The notes beneath the pieces were generated by a model that made no database searches, was not told where the DNA came from, and saw only the letters and a program-made list of their open reading frames with translations. From Vulcanimicrobiota bacterium (GTDB lineage: Bacteria > Vulcanimicrobiota > Xenobia > Xenobiales > JADMJV01): a DNA stretch of 64,000 bases. The position numbers and the translations under genes are program-made. Below, in pieces: positions 58,403 through 64,000 of this stretch; the stretch's first letter is position 1; every line of letters starts with the position of its first letter. The stretch covers positions 3,680,149 to 3,744,148 of the forward strand of contig JBFWNU010000001.1 of NCBI GenBank assembly GCA_050250895.1, read 5' to 3'.

Positions 58403-60688
58403 TTAGCCCATGAGAAGGGCTTTTTGTTGGGCGCGCAGCAGGTCGATGCTGGGCTCGAGGTCGAGTTCGCGCTTGAGCGACTTCTGGCACAGTTGAAACA
58501 GCTTGAGCGCGCCTTCGGGGCGACCCAGTTCGAGGCAGGCCTCCATGGCGCGCAGAGCGGCTTCTTGATTGCAGCTGTCGAACTCGAGCACCCGCTCCGA
58601 GCAGTAAAGAGCTTGCTGAAACATGTGCTGTTCGCTGGCGATGCCGCTGAGCTTGAGCAAACAAGCCGTCATACGCTGCTCGAGCTGGCTGCGCTGGAGC
58701 AGCGCCCAGTCGAGGTAGCACCCGCTGAGGTAAGGACCGCGATAGAGGCGGGTCATCTGTTCGAGATAGGCGCCGACCTTGGCCCACGGCTGCGAGCCGT
58801 CGAGATGCTCGACGTTGTCGAGTACCCGGGTTAGTTCTTGATAATCGTGCCAGTAGGGCACTTCAGGGTTCAGCGAGAAGCCGGCCGAACTCTTGAGGAT
58901 GTAGTTGACGTCCGAGTCGTCAGACTCGGGACGCAAGCCGCGCCGCAGCACCGAAATGGCCTGGCTGAGGCGTTTACGGCTATTGGCTCCGAGATCGGGC
59001 CAGAATTGCTCCATCAGCTCGTCTTCTGACAGTGGCCGGTCGGCTGCCGCGACGTAGGCCAGCACGTAGTAGCGCTTCTTGCCTCCCATCACCTTGCTGT
59101 CGAGGCGCTCTTCACCGCGAAAGACCTCGAAGCCGCCCATCGAGAAGATGCGCAGCAACGACGGCGCTCCGGCCTCGACACCAGCCGATTCAGCTTTCTC
59201 TAGAGCCTGACGGACACTGGCAAAGGTCGTCTTCTTGGAGAGTTGCCGCGAGAGTGACTCGAGCCCGCGCGGACGCGCCTCGGTGAGGGTCTTGACCAGG
59301 TTGAGCTGCGCCTCTTCGCTGAGCGGCGTCGAGTCGATCAGAGCAAAGACCTGACCAGGCAGCTCTTTGACCAACCGCCGCAGGCTGCGTGTCACGGCGG
59401 GGGTGGCCTGATTGTGGCGCAGCAGCCCGGGTAGCAACCACCAGGCCGAGTCGAGCAAGACGTCGAGATGGGCCGCCGAGAGCAGTTGGTTGAGGGCCGG
59501 CTCGATCCACTCCTGGCGCCCGCGGCCGAGAAAGGTCAGAGCCAGTTGGGCGCGAGCCTGGTCTCCGCTACCGGTCAGGGCCTCTTGTAGCGATTGCTCC
59601 AGCAGTCCGAAAGCCCGGTCCGAGCCGATCCGAGCCAGAATCAGGCCGCCTTCCAGGAAAACGTGGGCTTTGACATCGGTGGGCAGGTCGCCGGCCACCT
59701 CGACCGCCTTGGCCACGGACTCTTGACTGGGGCCCAGTTGGCCTCCGGCAGCGTGCAGGCGAGCCGACCCCAGCAAGGCTTCGACCCGGCGATGGGGGCG
59801 GGGTTCTTTGCTGAGCAATTCTTCATAGGCCGAAACGGCAGCTTCGCGGTCGCCCGAGACTTCACACAGGTAGGCCGCAGCCAATAACTCTTCTCGGCCT
59901 TCGTTCTCGCTGGTCTGTTTGGCCAACTCGCGCATGAGACGACCGACACGGCCCTCGACCTCGGGATAAGCCAGGGCGGCTTCGAGCACTTCCGAAGCCA
60001 GTTTCTGGTCGTGGGCCTCACCTCCCTCGAGAATGGCCTTGATGCTGCCGGGCAATCCCTGGCGAAAGGCGGACACCGGGCTGACCTGGGCGCGCTCGAG
60101 GGCAGCCACCAGCGTAGCGACCTGCACATTCTGGGCGGTGGCGCGGTCATAACCCAGAGCTTCGGCCACCCGCCCGGCCAATCGGCCCCGCTCGAGGCAA
60201 CCAAATCCCGATTCTTCCTGGTTTGGCAGCGAAGCCACCATCGCCTCGATGGCCCACAGCGTCGTTTCAAGCATCGACTGCTCGCGAAAATGCAGGCTGC
60301 GGGCGTCGCGAATGCGGCCGACCGCACGCGCCACGGCGTCGAGCAGGTCGTCGAGGCGGAACGGCTTGCGCAGGTATTCGCCCACCCTCAACCGGACGGC
60401 CCGGATCGACTCCTCTTCGGTCGAGTAGCCCGTAATCACGATACTCTCGAGTTCGGGCCGCTGGACCTTCATGCGCCGCAAAGCCTCAAGGCCGTCCACT
60501 CCCGGCATTTTGATGTCGGTAATGACTAGCTCGAAAGGTTGTTCTTTGGCCAGTTGCAGAGCCTGGTCGCCGGAGCCGGCCGAGAGTACCACCAGGCCTT
60601 CTTCGTCTTCCAGGGCCGAGACGATGACACGACGGAGACGCTCGTCATCCTCGACAACAAGAACCAGGATGTCACCTGCTTGGGTCAT
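58403..60688 (-). CDS. Response regulator with TPR region and C-terminal SARP/BTAD activator domain
   Basis: VVEDD/ITDIKMP/RKPF receiver; LYRGPYL...DW and ELDLEPS BTAD motifs. Confidence 0.88.
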   Translation of the reverse strand: MTQAGDILVLVVEDDERLRRVIVSALEDEEGLVVLSAGSGDQALQLAKEQPFELVITDIKMPGVDGLEALRRMKVQRPELESIVITGYSTEEESIRAVRLRVGEYLRKPFRLDDLLDAVARAVGRIRDARSLHFREQSMLETTLWAIEAMVASLPNQEESGFGCLERGRLAGRVAEALGYDRATAQNVQVATLVAALERAQVSPVSAFRQGLPGSIKAILEGGEAHDQKLASEVLEAALAYPEVEGRVGRLMRELAKQTSENEGREELLAAAYLCEVSGDREAAVSAYEELLSKEPRPHRRVEALLGSARLHAAGGQLGPSQESVAKAVEVAGDLPTDVKAHVFLEGGLILARIGSDRAFGLLEQSLQEALTGSGDQARAQLALTFLGRGRQEWIEPALNQLLSAAHLDVLLDSAWWLLPGLLRHNQATPAVTRSLRRLVKELPGQVFALIDSTPLSEEAQLNLVKTLTEARPRGLESLSRQLSKKTTFASVRQALEKAESAGVEAGAPSLLRIFSMGGFEVFRGEERLDSKVMGGKKRYYVLAYVAAADRPLSEDELMEQFWPDLGANSRKRLSQAISVLRRGLRPESDDSDVNYILKSSAGFSLNPEVPYWHDYQELTRVLDNVEHLDGSQPWAKVGAYLEQMTRLYRGPYLSGCYLDWALLQRSQLEQRMTACLLKLSGIASEQHMFQQALYCSERVLEFDSCNQEAALRAMEACLELGRPEGALKLFQLCQKSLKRELDLEPSIDLLRAQQKALLMG

Positions 60689-60801
60689 TGCTGTAGCTTC
60701 GTTCTGTGTGCCCCACTACAGTCCTTCGGGAAAGCCCCTCCAAAAAAAGCTCCCCGGCGTAGCCGGGGCACCAGGGAAAGGACTGAGAGGTAATACTTTT
60801 G

Positions 60802-61356
60802 CTATCGGGTCCAGTCGTTCTCGCGAACTTTTCCCGTCCAGAAACACAAGGGGGAAGCGGATTCCCCCACGTCAAGGCCAACCACTTCGCCGATGACGAT
60901 GGAGTGGTCACCGCCGGGGTGGATCGCGTGAATTCGACATTCGAGGCGCGCCAGGCAGCCGTCGAGCAGGGGCGCACCCGTGAAGGGGCCAGTGCGGTGA
61001 GCCACGCCTGCGAAGCGGTCCCCTTCGCAACGACCGGCAAAGCGACCACACAGGTCGCCCTGGCCGTCGGTCAAGAGGTTGACTGCAAAGGTGCCGGTCC
61101 GGCGAATAACTTCGAGGGTGTGACTGCCGTTCTTGGGACAAAACAGCAGTAAGGGCGGTTCGAGCGATACCGAGGTTAGCGAGTTGACGGTCATGCCGGT
61201 CTTGGTCCCACCTTCTCCGGCCGTCACTATGGCCACGCCCGTGGCGAAGTTTCCGATGCAGTCACGGTAGTCGCGGCTGGTGAAGGGGGGCAGCAGATTC
61301 GCCGGAACGCCCTTCTCGGTCAGAACTGCGGTGGGGGGACTCATGACTTGGACCAT
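60802..61356 (-). CDS. Flavin reductase-like (DIM6/NTAB, HpaC) protein
   Basis: FATGVAIVT, SLTSVSLEPP, GGDHSIVIGEV. Confidence 0.92.
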   Translation of the reverse strand: MVQVMSPPTAVLTEKGVPANLLPPFTSRDYRDCIGNFATGVAIVTAGEGGTKTGMTVNSLTSVSLEPPLLLFCPKNGSHTLEVIRRTGTFAVNLLTDGQGDLCGRFAGRCEGDRFAGVAHRTGPFTGAPLLDGCLARLECRIHAIHPGGDHSIVIGEVVGLDVGESASPLCFWTGKVRENDWTR

Positions 61357-61444
61357 TGCGTACTACTCCTCAGCGTGTGGATAGAACCCTCTAGCTCTAG
61401 ACTATCAGCTGACCATTCACCGGAGGTTTTCCAGATGAAAACCA

Positions 61445-61472
61445 GGTTTCCGGATTGTTACCGGATTGTTTC
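61445..61472 (-). promoter_or_regulatory. Triple direct-repeat box GAAACA-N5-GTAACA-N5-GAAACC
   Basis: 40 bp upstream of TGaTAGTCT -10 (61399-61404) preceding the flavin reductase. Confidence 0.65.
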
Positions 61473-61503
61473 CGTTTGGACAGCATTCCAGGGGGCGGCC
61501 CGG

Positions 61504-61534
61504 AAAAAAAAAGGCACCCCGGCCTAAGCCGGGG
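61504..61534 (-). terminator. Intrinsic terminator of the Gly-Asn-Ala repeat gene
   Basis: CCCCGGC-TTAG-GCCGGGG hairpin then T9 on minus strand. Confidence 0.85.
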
Positions 61535-61572
61535 CTCCAGAGGGCCACAACGTTTGGGTTGAAGTCTTAGTT

Positions 61573-63414
<1,842 letters not shown>

Positions 63415-63494
63415 CTACTCCCTCAATCTTGTTTTGTCGTGTGTCTATATGTTACGGATGCGCGTTTCGGGTCGCTTCTTTTTTGCCAGGCTAA

Positions 63495-63511
63495 TGTTAC
63501 AAGAATGTTTC
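63495..63511 (-). promoter_or_regulatory. Direct-repeat box GAAACA-N5-GTAACA
   Basis: 40 bp upstream of TAACAT (63449-63454) preceding the GNA gene. Confidence 0.6.
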
Positions 63512-64000
63512 CACTCGTCGCGATTTCCTTGGCCAGGAGCCGGGATTCGAGGGGTTAAGGAGGCTTAGGATGCTTATTTTAAAGGGTTTTCTGATGGTTT
63601 TCGTCGGGTTGGAGAAAGCTTGGGAGGCCTTCCTCCGGGAGGTACCGGGCGGTCGAGTGGCGAACAAGCCTTGCTCGCGAGTGGGGTAAAGCGGAGACCT
63701 GGGGCCGGTCGATCAGGAGTCCACGCGCGGCCCAACCCGTCCCTGCCAGCTTCACGCCTCCCCATCGCTACGTCGCCTGGACGTCGCTGCTCGCTCTGGC
63801 TTGCTGTCGGCCGGTGTGCCCCGTGGTCGACGAACCTCGCTCGGTCTCTTCAGCCGAGTGTGAGCGCACCTGTCGATTGGGGAGAGTGACCGGCGCAGCC
63901 GCCGGTGCTGGCCATCGTCCGCCGGGCATCCCTGGCGGAGGCGAAGTCGGGATGGATCGGCGCCTCAGGGTGGGGACGAATTTGCCGGATGTTGCACTAG

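Noticed and set aside
63520-64000. Possible ncRNA or gene at the right edge
   Set aside because: Only short unconvincing ORFs and no recognisable RNA motif; truncated by the window edge

Overview
GC-rich bacterial chromosomal window. The gene families (many prepilin-like clusters, 'DSSGSFTLS' proteins, REC-BTAD regulators) suggest Ca. Eremiobacterota/Vulcanimicrobiota, which is inference only. Housekeeping content: the end of an alternative complex III-SCO-caa3 oxidase operon, katE, a DegP protease, ThrE exporters, an M20 peptidase, GGDEF-EAL and CHASE2 cyclases, two-component systems, an APC permease and three minor-pilin clusters. No rRNA, tRNA, CRISPR-Cas or intact transposase was recognised. 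Main unusual observations: (1) an 11-bp-period direct-repeat box (e.g. TTAACA-N5-TTAACA) sits at near-fixed, helically phased distances from a -10 element upstream of six dispersed genes; five of them encode signal-peptide-less, low-complexity, effector-like proteins (harpin-like Gly-Asn-Ala protein, peptidoglycan peptidase, two glycine-zipper proteins, an EF-hand protein), suggesting a co-regulated export/antagonism regulon. (2) Two large, oppositely oriented arrays of a ~71-bp double-hairpin REP-like repeat bracket a 6.2-kb block containing a metallopeptidase/immunity-like pair. (3) A ~1.6-kb non-coding modular hairpin cassette has a 647-bp period. (4) A 158-bp MITE has a TAA target duplication. 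(5) A histidine ammonia-lyase homologue lacks the MIO motif. (6) A Tat lipoprotein combines ZU5(HFS) with a permuted NlpC/P60 domain. All calls come from reading the sequence; no database search was run.
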